Positions 50,601 through 58,967 are shown, counted from the first letter of the stretch. The stretch: 64,000 nucleotides of DNA from Candidatus Zixiibacteriota bacterium (GCA_050117845.1 JASFLY010000001.1:160001-224000), one strand, 5' to 3'. Notes: a model not told the origin generated them from the sequence alone. Numbers and translations are program-made.

Positions 50601-52129
50601 CCGAGGACACGCAGAAGCTCATCGCCGAGAAGATAGACGAGCACAACCTAAACCGCGTCGTCGTCGCCTCCTGCACGCCGCGCACCCACGAGCCGCTCTT
50701 CCGCGCCACCCTCCGCGAGTCCGGCCTGAACTCCTACCTCTTCGAGATGGCGAACATCCGCGAGCACTGCTCCTGGGTCCATATGAAACAGCCGGCCGAA
50801 GCCACGGCCAAGGCCAAGGAACTCGTCCGCATGGCGGTCGCCCGGGCGGTCAACCTCTCGCCGCTGACCGACATCGAACTCCCGGTAACGCAGACCGCGC
50901 TCGTCGTCGGCGGCGGGGCGGCCGGCATGACCGCGGCGTTGGGCCTCGCCGACCAGGGCTTCGAAACGTACCTGGTCGAGAAGGAGGCCGAACTCGGCGG
51001 CCACCTCCAGCACATCAAATACCTGCCCGACGGCAGCGACGTCCCGGCCTTCCGGGACGAGTTGGCCGCGAAGGTTAAAAGTCACGATAAGATAAAACTG
51101 TTCACGGGCGCCACGCTCAAATCGGTAGCGGGATTCGTGGGCAACTACGTCTCGGTGGTCGAGGACGGCGGCGGCGAGCACGAACTGGAGCACGGCGCGG
51201 TGGTCGTGGCCACGGGGGCCCGCATGGCCGAACATGACGAATTCGGCTACGGCGGAAGTGACCGCGTAATCTCCCAGCGCGCGCTCGAGGACGAGCTGGC
51301 CGAAGGCCGCGTTCCCCACGGCGGCCGGGACGTCGCCATGATCCAGTGCGTCGGCTCCCGCGACGACGAGCATCCCTACTGCTCGCGGATATGCTGCGTC
51401 GAGGCCGTCAAGAACGCCCTTAAATTAAAAGAGCTTGCGCCCGAGTCGAACGTATACATATTATATAGGGACATGCGGACCTACGGCGAGGCCGAGGACC
51501 TCTACCGCGAGGCCCGCGAGAAGGGCGTCTTCTTCGCCCGCTTCGACCCGGAGAACAAACCGGAAGTCGCGCCCGCCGGCGATAAAGTTAAATTAAAATG
51601 GTTCGACATCATTCTCGGCGAGGACGTGGAGGTCGAGGTGGACCTGGTGGCGCTGGCGCAGGGGACCTGGCCCGACGCCGAGGCCAACAAAGCGTTGGCC
51701 GAGATGCTCAAGGTCCCGCTGACGGCGGACGGCTTTTTCCTCGAGGCCCACATGAAGCTGCGGCCGGTGGACTTCGCCACCGACGGCGTCTTCGTCTGCG
51801 GCCTGGCGCACAACCCGAAGACGATAACGGAGTCCGTCGCGCAGGCGCAGGCCGCCGCGGCCCGGGCGGCGACTATTCTCGCCAAGCCGACGATAAAGGC
51901 CGAGGGGCGAGTCGCCGTCGTCAACGAGAAACGATGCATCGCGTGCGGCACCTGCGAGGGCGTCTGCCCCTACGGCGCCATCGAGGTCAACAAAGAGAAG
52001 ATGGTGGCCGAGGCCAACCCGGGCCTGTGCAAGGGCTGCGGGAGTTGCGCCGCGGCCTGCTGGTCCGGCGCGGTGGACATCGCCGGCGTGACCCACGAGC
52101 AGTTACTGGACGCCATCACGGCTCTATAA
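47693..52129 (+). CDS. hdrA: Large HdrA (HdrL-type): HdrA module with inserted GltD/NfnB-like NAD(P)H-binding module plus a second HdrA module
   Basis: DKTFPTNDCSMC; CGRVCHHPCE, GAGPAG and GGGNAAID..YRR insert; QCVGSRD..CS..CC twice; GVFICHCG; terminal 2x[4Fe-4S]. Confidence 0.93.
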   Translation: MADKAKCKDVVGAAMVVGGGVAGVQAALDLANAGVKVYLVEKGAAIGGTMAQLDKTFPTNDCSMCILAPKLVEAGRHENVEILTLSELEALEGEAGNFTARVRRHARYVDLDACTGCTDCAGVCPVEYPDEYEVGLVERRAVYRPYAQAIPNCFAITKRGKAPCRSACPIDQAAQGYVALIAEGKFREALALIRRQNPLPGVCGRVCHHPCEADCFRGELDAPVSIRSLKRFAADWEAANEPDYSYVDEYDIEKKDERVAVVGAGPAGLTCASDLALAGYEVHVFEALPTAGGMLRVGIPSYRLPDDVLDRDVGFLVKLGVQFHYNAELGKTFALDDLFEDGYKAAFVGVGAHESLKLRCTGEELEGVVGAVEFLREFNLEGKVPVGKKVAVIGGGNAAIDAARTTARLGADVTIFYRRTRKEMPADELEITEALREGVKLELLAAPEEILGKEGRVVGMKVQRMELGEPDESGRRRPVPIEGDTYDVELDMVIPAISQAPVVEHLDADEAICLTKWRTVEVDEKTGMTGRAGVFAGGDAVTGPGMVTEAMQQGRRAARGIIDYLKGGEYPVPEPTGLPTVESDEVPKDKADPAPRAEMAELPPDKRAGNFDEVELGLTEEQAVAEAKRCLSCGLCSECLECVTACKPDAIRHFDVERVEEIPVGAVVLAAGFEEFDATLKSEYGYGRVPDVVTSIEFERLLSASGPFGGHLKRPSDGVDPVKVAWLQCVGSRDTSVDRGYCSSVCCMYATKQAVIAREHDHNVEPTIFFMDMRSFGKEFDRYIDRAESEYGVRFVRSRVDSVEREDGKLILKYEDEAGAFFREEFDLVVLSVGLDVDPDTRALLSRLDVDADRYGFVAAPPFRPTDTSRPGVFAAGAVAGPKDIPESVTQASAAAAQASATVAPARWTATTEAQFPAERDIKGEPPRVGVFICHCGINIGGTVDVPAVVDYAETLPWVAYTERNLFTCSEDTQKLIAEKIDEHNLNRVVVASCTPRTHEPLFRATLRESGLNSYLFEMANIREHCSWVHMKQPAEATAKAKELVRMAVARAVNLSPLTDIELPVTQTALVVGGGAAGMTAALGLADQGFETYLVEKEAELGGHLQHIKYLPDGSDVPAFRDELAAKVKSHDKIKLFTGATLKSVAGFVGNYVSVVEDGGGEHELEHGAVVVATGARMAEHDEFGYGGSDRVISQRALEDELAEGRVPHGGRDVAMIQCVGSRDDEHPYCSRICCVEAVKNALKLKELAPESNVYILYRDMRTYGEAEDLYREAREKGVFFARFDPENKPEVAPAGDKVKLKWFDIILGEDVEVEVDLVALAQGTWPDAEANKALAEMLKVPLTADGFFLEAHMKLRPVDFATDGVFVCGLAHNPKTITESVAQAQAAAARAATILAKPTIKAEGRVAVVNEKRCIACGTCEGVCPYGAIEVNKEKMVAEANPGLCKGCGSCAAACWSGAVDIAGVTHEQLLDAITAL

Positions 52130-52141
52130 TAGGTGATACGT

Positions 52142-52310
52142 GAAACCGGCCGCTTTAGCGGCCGGAGGATCACTCGCGAAGCGTAAGCGTCGGGTTTTAA
52201 CCCGACGGCCGGAGGATAACCGGCGAAGCGTAAAAGTCGGATATAGATGCCGGCGGCTTCAGCCGCCGGAGCCTCACCCGCGAAGCGTTAACGTCGGCCT
52301 TCAGGCCGTC
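52142..52310. repeat. Cluster of three degenerate ~50-bp units with GC hairpins
   Basis: GCCGGAG....AC.(C/G)GCGAAGCGT.A..GTCGG at 52161, 52208 and 52265; hairpins with CTTTAG/CTTCAG centres. Confidence 0.75.
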
Positions 52311-52322
52311 GACGGTAGAGAT

Positions 52323-52757
52323 ATGACCCCTAAAGAAGACACCTGGGAACCCCGCATCCTCGCGTTCCTGTGCACCTGGTGCAGTTACGCCGGCGCGGAC
52401 CTGGCGGGCGTCTCGCGCCTGCAGTACCCGCCCAACGTCCGCGTCATCAAGGTGCCGTGCTCGGCGCGAGTGAAGCCGTTGTACCTGATTCGGGCCTTAC
52501 TCGAAGGCTGGGACGGCGTCCTGGTCTCGGGCTGCCACCCGGGAGACTGCCACTACATCGCCGGCAACTACGCCGCCCGGCGCCGCTTCACGCTACTCCG
52601 CGATTACGTCGAGTACTTCGGCCTGGAGCCGGGGCGTCTCAACTTCTCCTGGGTCTCGGCCAGCGAGGGCGCCAAGTACGCGGAAGTCATCACGAACGTG
52701 GTCGACAAAATTAAAGAATTGGGGCCGGCGCGCCGGATGGTTAAGACGTATGGATAG
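52323..52757 (+). CDS. flxD: MvhD-like [2Fe-2S] subunit (FlxD)
   Basis: FLCTWCSYAGADLAG, VPCSARV, GCHPGDCHY and WVSASEG. Confidence 0.92.
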   Translation: MTPKEDTWEPRILAFLCTWCSYAGADLAGVSRLQYPPNVRVIKVPCSARVKPLYLIRALLEGWDGVLVSGCHPGDCHYIAGNYAARRRFTLLRDYVEYFGLEPGRLNFSWVSASEGAKYAEVITNVVDKIKELGPARRMVKTYG

Positions 52758-52761
52758 GGGA

Positions 52762-53019
52762 TTACTTGTAAATATCGCCGCGGGGACCCAACGAGCGGAC
52801 TATTACGGAAGGTTCGGGGAGGTCGTTTACCTCGTAGATAACGCGCCAATCGCCGACGCGCAACCTAAAAAGGCCGCCCAGTTTCCCCTTGAGGGGCGTA
52901 CCGGCGGCGGGGTCTTCGGCGAGGCGGTTAATGGCGGTGAACAACCTGCGGCGTTCGGGGACGGGGAGAGAAGCGAGTTTCCGCAACGGGGCCTTACGAA
53001 AGACGACGGCGTACGTCAT
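52762..53019 (-). CDS. relE: RelE/ParE family toxin
   Basis: 85 aa, basic; LKG.L.GLFRLRVGDWRVIY and GPRGDIYK. Confidence 0.88.
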   Translation of the reverse strand: MTYAVVFRKAPLRKLASLPVPERRRLFTAINRLAEDPAAGTPLKGKLGGLFRLRVGDWRVIYEVNDLPEPSVIVRSLGPRGDIYK

Positions 53020-53267
53020 TCCGCGGCCGCGGTCAGTAAGGCCCGCAGTTTCGCCTCGTCGTCCAGGGCTGCGGCGACCTTATCGGCCGGGACGCTTGCC
53101 CCGTCCGGGTCGTTTATCTGGGCCATGAGGTCGTCGTTCGCCAGCGTCTCGAACGTGGCCCGCCACGAGTCCCACTCGCTGACGATGGCGAGTATGATGT
53201 TTAGATCGCTAAGGCGCAAACGTTTCAGCTTGCCGACGACCGCGGCCAGAGTGTCTTCGCGGGTCAT
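53016..53267 (-). CDS. Putative antitoxin
   Basis: AGGAGG RBS; 83 aa with acidic C-terminus; ATGA overlap with the toxin. Confidence 0.75.
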   Translation of the reverse strand: MTREDTLAAVVGKLKRLRLSDLNIILAIVSEWDSWRATFETLANDDLMAQINDPDGASVPADKVAAALDDEAKLRALLTAAAE

Positions 53268-53300
53268 GGATAGAAACCTCCTACGCAAGGAGTATAACAC

Positions 53301-53660
53301 ATGTCGAACGACAAGATAATCGCTTTTTGCGGGATCCTGTGCTCGGAGTGCCCGGCCTACAAGGCCACGCTCGCCGGCGACGAGGACGCCCTGGCGAAAC
53401 AGGCCAAGGAATGGAGTTCCGACGATTACCCGCTGACGGCGGACGACTTGGCCTGCGACGGCTGCCTCCAAGAGGACAAGCGCGTCGCGAAATTCTGCGC
53501 CGACTGCGACGTACGCGGTTGCGCGCTCGAGCGGGGCGTCGAAAACTGCGCCCACTGCGACGCCTTCCCGTGTGAAATGCTGGAGAAGCCGTGGTCGATG
53601 TCGGTCGACGCCAAGACCACGCTGGAGGAAATCCGGCAGATGCTCAAGGGCGCGTCGTAA
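53301..53660 (+). CDS. DUF3795-like Cys-rich protein
   Basis: CGILCSECP, CDGC, CADC..RGC and NCAHC..FPC. Confidence 0.85.
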   Translation: MSNDKIIAFCGILCSECPAYKATLAGDEDALAKQAKEWSSDDYPLTADDLACDGCLQEDKRVAKFCADCDVRGCALERGVENCAHCDAFPCEMLEKPWSMSVDAKTTLEEIRQMLKGAS

Positions 53661-54022
53661 TGGCCGAGGGCGGGATGATCGCGTTCTGCGGCATCAACTG
53701 CGCCGCGTGCCCGGCGTACCTCGGGACGCAGGCCGGCGACGAGGAGTTGCTGGCCAGGACGGCCGAAGAGTGGTCCTTCGGCGAACAGAAGCTCACGGCC
53801 GCCGACATGGAGTGCTACAGCTGTCTCCAAACCGAAAAACGCCTCTTCAAATGGTGCGCCCTCTGCAAGGTTAAGGAATGCTGCCGCGATAAGGGCCTGG
53901 CCAACTGCGCCCACTGCGACGACTACGCGTGCGAGGAATTGAAAGAGCTCTGGGGGATGTTCCCCTCCGACGCCGCGCGCATGGCCCTCGACGACATTAG
54001 ACGGGACATAAAAAGACTCTGA
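53660..54022 (+). CDS. DUF3795-like Cys-rich protein (tandem paralog)
   Basis: CGINCAACP, CYSC, CALC..KECC and NCAHC..YAC; TAATG overlap. Confidence 0.85.
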   Translation: MAEGGMIAFCGINCAACPAYLGTQAGDEELLARTAEEWSFGEQKLTAADMECYSCLQTEKRLFKWCALCKVKECCRDKGLANCAHCDDYACEELKELWGMFPSDAARMALDDIRRDIKRL

Positions 54023-54023
54023 T

Positions 54024-55028
54024 ATGACGAACGAAACGACGGAAAAAGAAATCCGAACGCGGGCGCGGGAGCTCCTCGAGGCCGGCGAGGCCGAGGTCGT
54101 AATAGGCCTGACCGAGGGCACGACCCCCCTCACGACCCGGCCCATCCTCGTCACGAAGGCCGAAGACGCCGACCGGCTGGTGTGGAACGGCCACTGCACG
54201 GCGGGTGTCGCGCGCTACGTCCTGGAATACATTCGCGACCGGCGGAAGGCCCGCGACTTCGACGCGGCCAAGGCGAAGAAGGTGGCCGTCGTCGCCAAAG
54301 CCGGCGACGCCCGGGCGCTCGTGACCTATATCCAGGAGAACCAGTTCAGCCGGGACGACGTATATATTATAGGAGTGAACTGCCCGGCCGCGATGGTCGA
54401 CCGGCGCAAAGTCACCCGGCTCGTCGGCCCCTACCACATGGCGGCCGCCCGCCTCGACGGCGACGCGGTGGTCGTAACGACGACCGACGGCGCCGAGGAA
54501 AAGTTCCCCCTGGAGGACTGCAGGGACGACGCGTGCGCCGCCTGTATCCGGCGCGAGCCGCCCATGGCGGACGTGACCTTCGGCGAGGCCGCCCCGGCCC
54601 CCGAGGGGACGGACCCCTACGGCCGCGTCGCCGAGCACGAGGGCCGCACGGCCGACGAGCGCTGGGCCTGGATCGAAGAGGAGCTGGGCCGGTGCATCCG
54701 GTGCTACGCCTGCCGGCAGGTCTGCCCGGCCTGCTACTGCGAGGAGTGCTTCGCCGAACAGCGCAACCCCGCGTGGATAGGGCCCGCGACCGCCCCGGCC
54801 GACCTGGTCGCGTTCCACCTGGTGCGGACCTTCCACACCGCGGGCCGCTGCGTCGAGTGCGGCGAGTGCGAACGCGCCTGTCCCATGGACATCCCGTTGC
54901 GCGTCCTGTCGCAAAAGCTCGTCCGCGACGTGGAGGAGAAGTTCGGCTACGTCGCCGGCCTCGACCCGGAGGCGCCGCCGCCGCTCTCGACCTATCAACC
55001 CGACGACTCGAACGAGGGTTTCATGTAA
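54024..55028 (+). CDS. flxC: FlxC-like iron-sulfur subunit
   Basis: RCIRCYACRQVCPACYCEEC and AGRCVECGECERACP; position in hdrCBA-flxDCBA order. Confidence 0.8.
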   Translation: MTNETTEKEIRTRARELLEAGEAEVVIGLTEGTTPLTTRPILVTKAEDADRLVWNGHCTAGVARYVLEYIRDRRKARDFDAAKAKKVAVVAKAGDARALVTYIQENQFSRDDVYIIGVNCPAAMVDRRKVTRLVGPYHMAAARLDGDAVVVTTTDGAEEKFPLEDCRDDACAACIRREPPMADVTFGEAAPAPEGTDPYGRVAEHEGRTADERWAWIEEELGRCIRCYACRQVCPACYCEECFAEQRNPAWIGPATAPADLVAFHLVRTFHTAGRCVECGECERACPMDIPLRVLSQKLVRDVEEKFGYVAGLDPEAPPPLSTYQPDDSNEGFM

Positions 55029-56042
55029 ATGTCTACGGCCAAGGTTAAACGAGACGAACTGCCGAAGGCGCTCGAGAACGCCCGGGCCGCGGGGTACGAG
55101 ACGTTCGCGCCCGTGCGCCGGCCCGAGGGCTGGACCTTCGCGCGGTACGAGGGCGGCGACGTCGCGCTCGACGGCTACCTTCTGACCAAACTAAGCGCCA
55201 AGAGTTTCGCGCTGCCCCAACTCGAGGCCGTGCTGTCGTACGACGGCGCCGAGGGCCAACCCGCCCCGCCGGCCGAGGGCAAACGCGCCATCCTGGGCGT
55301 CCGGCCTTGCGATGCCCGGGCGCTCGCGCTGGTCGACCGTGTGTACCGCGAGCGCGGTTTCGTCGATCCGCTCTACGCCGCCCGGCGCGACAACACTACT
55401 ATTATAACGTTCGCGTGCGCGTACCCCGCGCCGACCTGCTTCTGCACCTCCGTGGGGGGCGGCCCGGCCGACGCGACGGGGGCGGACGTCATGGCCTATC
55501 CGGCCGGCGACGACCTCCTCCTCGAGGCCGCAACGCCCGGGGGCGAGGAATTCCTGAAGGGCGCGAACCTCGACGAGGCGGCCGGCGACGAACTGGAGGC
55601 CGCGAAGAAAGCCTGCGCGGAAATCGCCGGTAGAATGGCGCCCTTGTGGGACCTGGCTGCCGCCCGGGCCAGGCTCTACGAAAACTTCGACGCCGACGCG
55701 TGGGCCGAAGTCGCGTCCCGCTGCATAAGCTGCGGCGCGTGCACCTTCGTCTGCCCGAGCTGCCACTGTTTCGACGTGGCCGACGAGGGCAAGCACGGCC
55801 GGGGCCAACGCCTCCGCTTCTGGGACGCCTGCACGCAATCGCTCTTCACGCTCCACGCCTCGGGCCACAACCCGCGTGACCGCAAGGCCCAGCGCTACCG
55901 CCAGCGCGTCCTGCACAAGTTCCACTACTTCCACGACAACTGGGGCGAAAACCTGTGCGTGGGGTGCGGCCGCTGCGTCGTGGAGTGCCCGGCCAACGTG
56001 GACATCCGCGAGGCCGTGACGCTCGTGGCGGAGGCGGGATAG
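55029..56042 (+). CDS. flxB: FlxB/AsrA-like iron-sulfur subunit
   Basis: GVRPCD, CFC, CISCGACTFVCPSCHCF and CVGCGRCVVECP. Confidence 0.85.
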   Translation: MSTAKVKRDELPKALENARAAGYETFAPVRRPEGWTFARYEGGDVALDGYLLTKLSAKSFALPQLEAVLSYDGAEGQPAPPAEGKRAILGVRPCDARALALVDRVYRERGFVDPLYAARRDNTTIITFACAYPAPTCFCTSVGGGPADATGADVMAYPAGDDLLLEAATPGGEEFLKGANLDEAAGDELEAAKKACAEIAGRMAPLWDLAAARARLYENFDADAWAEVASRCISCGACTFVCPSCHCFDVADEGKHGRGQRLRFWDACTQSLFTLHASGHNPRDRKAQRYRQRVLHKFHYFHDNWGENLCVGCGRCVVECPANVDIREAVTLVAEAG

Positions 56043-56043
56043 A

Positions 56044-56343
56044 ATGAACGCCCGGGTCGAGATAGAGGCCGGCGGCGAGAGCTTCGGCGACTTCGAGAAG
56101 GCCAACGTCCTCCGGGAGTGCGGCGGCGACGGTACCGGCGTACTGGTGGAGGTGTTCGAGGCCCCGCGGCCCGCGTTCCTGGACAGCGACGAAGAGGTAA
56201 CGCTCACTACCTACGTCGAGGGCCTGGTGGTAATCATCGCCTGCCGCGCCGACGAGTGTGAATACAACCAGGAGAAGAAACGACTTACGTTCAAAGGCAA
56301 TTGCCGGGGATGCCGCGTATATGACGCCAAGCCAGCTGCATGA
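56044..56343 (+). CDS. Hypothetical 99-aa protein
   Basis: Fills the flxB-flxA gap and has host-like codon usage. Five Cys; overlaps the flxA start. Confidence 0.55.
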   Translation: MNARVEIEAGGESFGDFEKANVLRECGGDGTGVLVEVFEAPRPAFLDSDEEVTLTTYVEGLVVIIACRADECEYNQEKKRLTFKGNCRGCRVYDAKPAA

Positions 56344-57166
56344 AGCGCCGCTCCTGCCGGCCCCGACGACGCTCGAGCGCGTCGTCGTGGAGACCGACGC
56401 CGCGGACCTGAAAAGCTTCTACCTGAAATTCGCGGACGGCCCGCGCTGGGACTACCTGCCCGGCCAGTTCGCGGAGCTCTCGCTCTACGGCTACGGCGAG
56501 TCGCCCATCGGCATCGCCTCCTCGCCCACCGAGGGCGACGAGCTGATGTTCACGGTCCTCAACACCGAGGGCCGGGTGACCCGGGCGCTGCACCGCCTCG
56601 CCCCGGGCGCGCCGGTCGGCATCCGCGGCCCGCTAGGCAACACCTGGCCGCTCGACGAGATGCGCGGCAAGAACGTCCTCATCCTCGGCGGCGGCTTCGC
56701 TTTCACGACGCAGCGCTCGTTGACCCAATACATCCTGGCGAACCGCGGCGACTTCGGCGACCTCACGGTGGTTTACGGGGCCCGCTCGCCCGGGGGGCTC
56801 TTGTACAAGGCCGAGCTCGCCGAATGGGAGAAGTCGCCCGACCTCACGCTCCATTTGATAGTGGACAAGGGCGACGAGACCTGGACCGGCCGGGAGGGCT
56901 TCGTCCTCAACGTCGTGGAGGAGGAACAGCCGCCCAGCGAGAACGCGGTCGCGCTCCTTTGCGGCCCGCCCATCATGATCAAGTTCACGCTGCCGGTTCT
57001 GGACAAACAGGGCTGGAAGCCGGAGCAGATATACACCAGCCTCGAGATGCGGATGAAGTGCGGCGTGGGGATGTGCGGCCGCTGCAACATCGGCCCCAAG
57101 TACGTCTGCGTGGACGGGCCGGTGTTCTCGTTCGCGGAGCTCTCGAAGCTGCCGCAGGAATATTAG
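56321..57166 (+). CDS. flxA: FlxA/AsrB-like FAD/NAD(P)H-binding [2Fe-2S] subunit
   Basis: PGQF, RGPLG, CGPPIM and MKCGVGMCGRC...VC.DGPVF. Confidence 0.9.
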   Translation: MTPSQLHEAPLLPAPTTLERVVVETDAADLKSFYLKFADGPRWDYLPGQFAELSLYGYGESPIGIASSPTEGDELMFTVLNTEGRVTRALHRLAPGAPVGIRGPLGNTWPLDEMRGKNVLILGGGFAFTTQRSLTQYILANRGDFGDLTVVYGARSPGGLLYKAELAEWEKSPDLTLHLIVDKGDETWTGREGFVLNVVEEEQPPSENAVALLCGPPIMIKFTLPVLDKQGWKPEQIYTSLEMRMKCGVGMCGRCNIGPKYVCVDGPVFSFAELSKLPQEY

Positions 57167-57227
57167 GATGCCGGAATCGCCGAATAAAAAATTCGTTCTT
57201 TATAAAACCCAAGCGCGGGAGAGCCAA

Positions 57228-57656
57228 ATGCAAATCAAAGATTACGACCTGCCGGACGAACTATACTATCACGGCGAGCACTCGTGGGCGAAGTTGGAAG
57301 ACGACGGCCGCGTGCGCGTCGGCATGAACGACTTCTTCCAGAAGGCCGCGGGCGACATCGTCTACGTCGACCTGCCGTTCGAGGACGACGACGTGTCCGC
57401 GGGCGAGACCTGCGGCAAGGTGCAGTCGTCGAAATGGGTCGGCAAACTCGTGTCCCCCATCTCCGGCACCATCGCCGAGGTCAACGAGGACCTGGAAGGC
57501 GACGCGACCCTCATCAACAAGGACCCCTACGGCTCCGGTTGGGTAATGATCGTCCAGCCCGAGGACTGGGACGGCGAAAAGGACGACCTGATGCAGGGCG
57601 ACGACGTCGCCACCTGGATGGAAGGCGAGATGAAGAAGGCCGAAGAGGGCGGTTAA
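57228..57656 (+). CDS. gcvH: GcvH/LbpA-like lipoyl carrier protein
   Basis: LYY...HSW, RVG..DF, VQSSKWVG (lipoyl Lys), SPISG and NKDPYGSGW. Confidence 0.9.
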   Translation: MQIKDYDLPDELYYHGEHSWAKLEDDGRVRVGMNDFFQKAAGDIVYVDLPFEDDDVSAGETCGKVQSSKWVGKLVSPISGTIAEVNEDLEGDATLINKDPYGSGWVMIVQPEDWDGEKDDLMQGDDVATWMEGEMKKAEEGG

Positions 57657-57686
57657 CAGCCCGACAACCAAGGCGGAGGTAACAAT

Positions 57687-58928
57687 ATGAAGATCGACGT
57701 CCCCTACGGCAAGGAGACGGTCCCCCTCGAAGTACCCGACGGCGTCGAGATTGTATACCCCAACGAAGTCGACGCCCGCGACGAAGGGAAGGTCCTGGCG
57801 GAGGCACTGGCGAACCCTATCAACTCCAAGGCGTTCGCCGATTTTATTTCGGACGCCCGCGACGTTCTCTTCATCGTAAACGACGCCACGCGTCCCACCC
57901 CCAGCGCCCGCGTCCTGGAACTCATCGCCGGTGACCTCGCCGGCGTGAACGCCTCCTACATCGTCGCCACCGGCGCCCACCGCGCGTGCACCGAGGACGA
58001 ACTCCGCGAGATATTCGGCGCGCTGTACGACGACATCAAGGACCGCGTCATCATCCACGACGCCGACGTCGACGAGGACATGGTCCACATCGGCACGTCG
58101 ACGAACGGGACCGAGATGTACGTCAACCGCGCCGGCGTCGAGGCCCACAAAATAGTGATCATCGGCTCGGTGGAACCGCACTACTTCGCGGGCTACACCG
58201 GCGGCCGCAAGGCCTTCCTGCCCGGCATCGCCTCCCGCAAGACCATCACGCAGAACCACAAGTACGCCCTGCGGCCCGAGGCCAAGGCGCTGGCGCTGGA
58301 GGGCAATCCCGTCCACGAGGACATGATCGACGCGCTCAAGACCATCGCCGACAAGGAAATATTCTCCATCATGACCGTCCTCGACGGCGAGCACCGCATC
58401 TACGCCGCCACCGCGGGCCACATCAACGACTCGTTCTACGCCGCCATCGACGCGGCCAACGAGATCTTCTGCGTCCCGGTCTCGGGCGAGGCCGACGTCG
58501 TCGTGAGCGTCGCCCCCTACCCCATGGACATCGACCTCTATCAGTCGCAGAAGGCGCTGGACAACGCCAAGCTCGCGCTGGCGCCGGGGGGTATCCTGCT
58601 CCTCGTTTCGAAGTGCCGCATGGGCCTGGGCGACGACGCCTTCCTCAAACTCCTCTCCACCTGCGACTCGCCCGGGGACACCATGGCCAAGCTGGACCAG
58701 GATTACGTCCTCGGCTGGCACAAGGCCGGCAAGATGGCCGAGATCGCCATCAAGGGCGAGATGTGGGGCGTAACCGACCTCGACGACGAGACGCTACAAA
58801 AAGCCTTTATCAAACCCTACCAAAATCTACAGCAAGCGTTCGACGACGCTTTGGCGCAAAAAGGCGAGGCCGCACGCGTGCTGATTCTAATGAACGGGTC
58901 CATGTCCATCCCCATGATAAAAAATTAA
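57687..58928 (+). CDS. larA: Nickel-pincer-dependent lactate racemase family protein
   Basis: NDATRPTP, ATGAHR, PHYFAGYTGGRK, GNPVHEDM and DLYQSQK. Confidence 0.9.
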   Translation: MKIDVPYGKETVPLEVPDGVEIVYPNEVDARDEGKVLAEALANPINSKAFADFISDARDVLFIVNDATRPTPSARVLELIAGDLAGVNASYIVATGAHRACTEDELREIFGALYDDIKDRVIIHDADVDEDMVHIGTSTNGTEMYVNRAGVEAHKIVIIGSVEPHYFAGYTGGRKAFLPGIASRKTITQNHKYALRPEAKALALEGNPVHEDMIDALKTIADKEIFSIMTVLDGEHRIYAATAGHINDSFYAAIDAANEIFCVPVSGEADVVVSVAPYPMDIDLYQSQKALDNAKLALAPGGILLLVSKCRMGLGDDAFLKLLSTCDSPGDTMAKLDQDYVLGWHKAGKMAEIAIKGEMWGVTDLDDETLQKAFIKPYQNLQQAFDDALAQKGEAARVLILMNGSMSIPMIKN

Positions 58929-58967
58929 CCGCGCGGCCGGCCGCCGACGCCGCCGCGGGAGGTTACT

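Noticed and set aside
47693..52757. Selenocysteine recoding in HdrA or FlxD/MvhD
   Set aside because: Both frames are uninterrupted, with Cys at the expected positions.
45996..57166. Evidence of methanogenesis or sulfate reduction
   Set aside because: Hdr-Flx occurs widely in fermenters, and no mcr, dsr, apr or qmoC genes are in the window.
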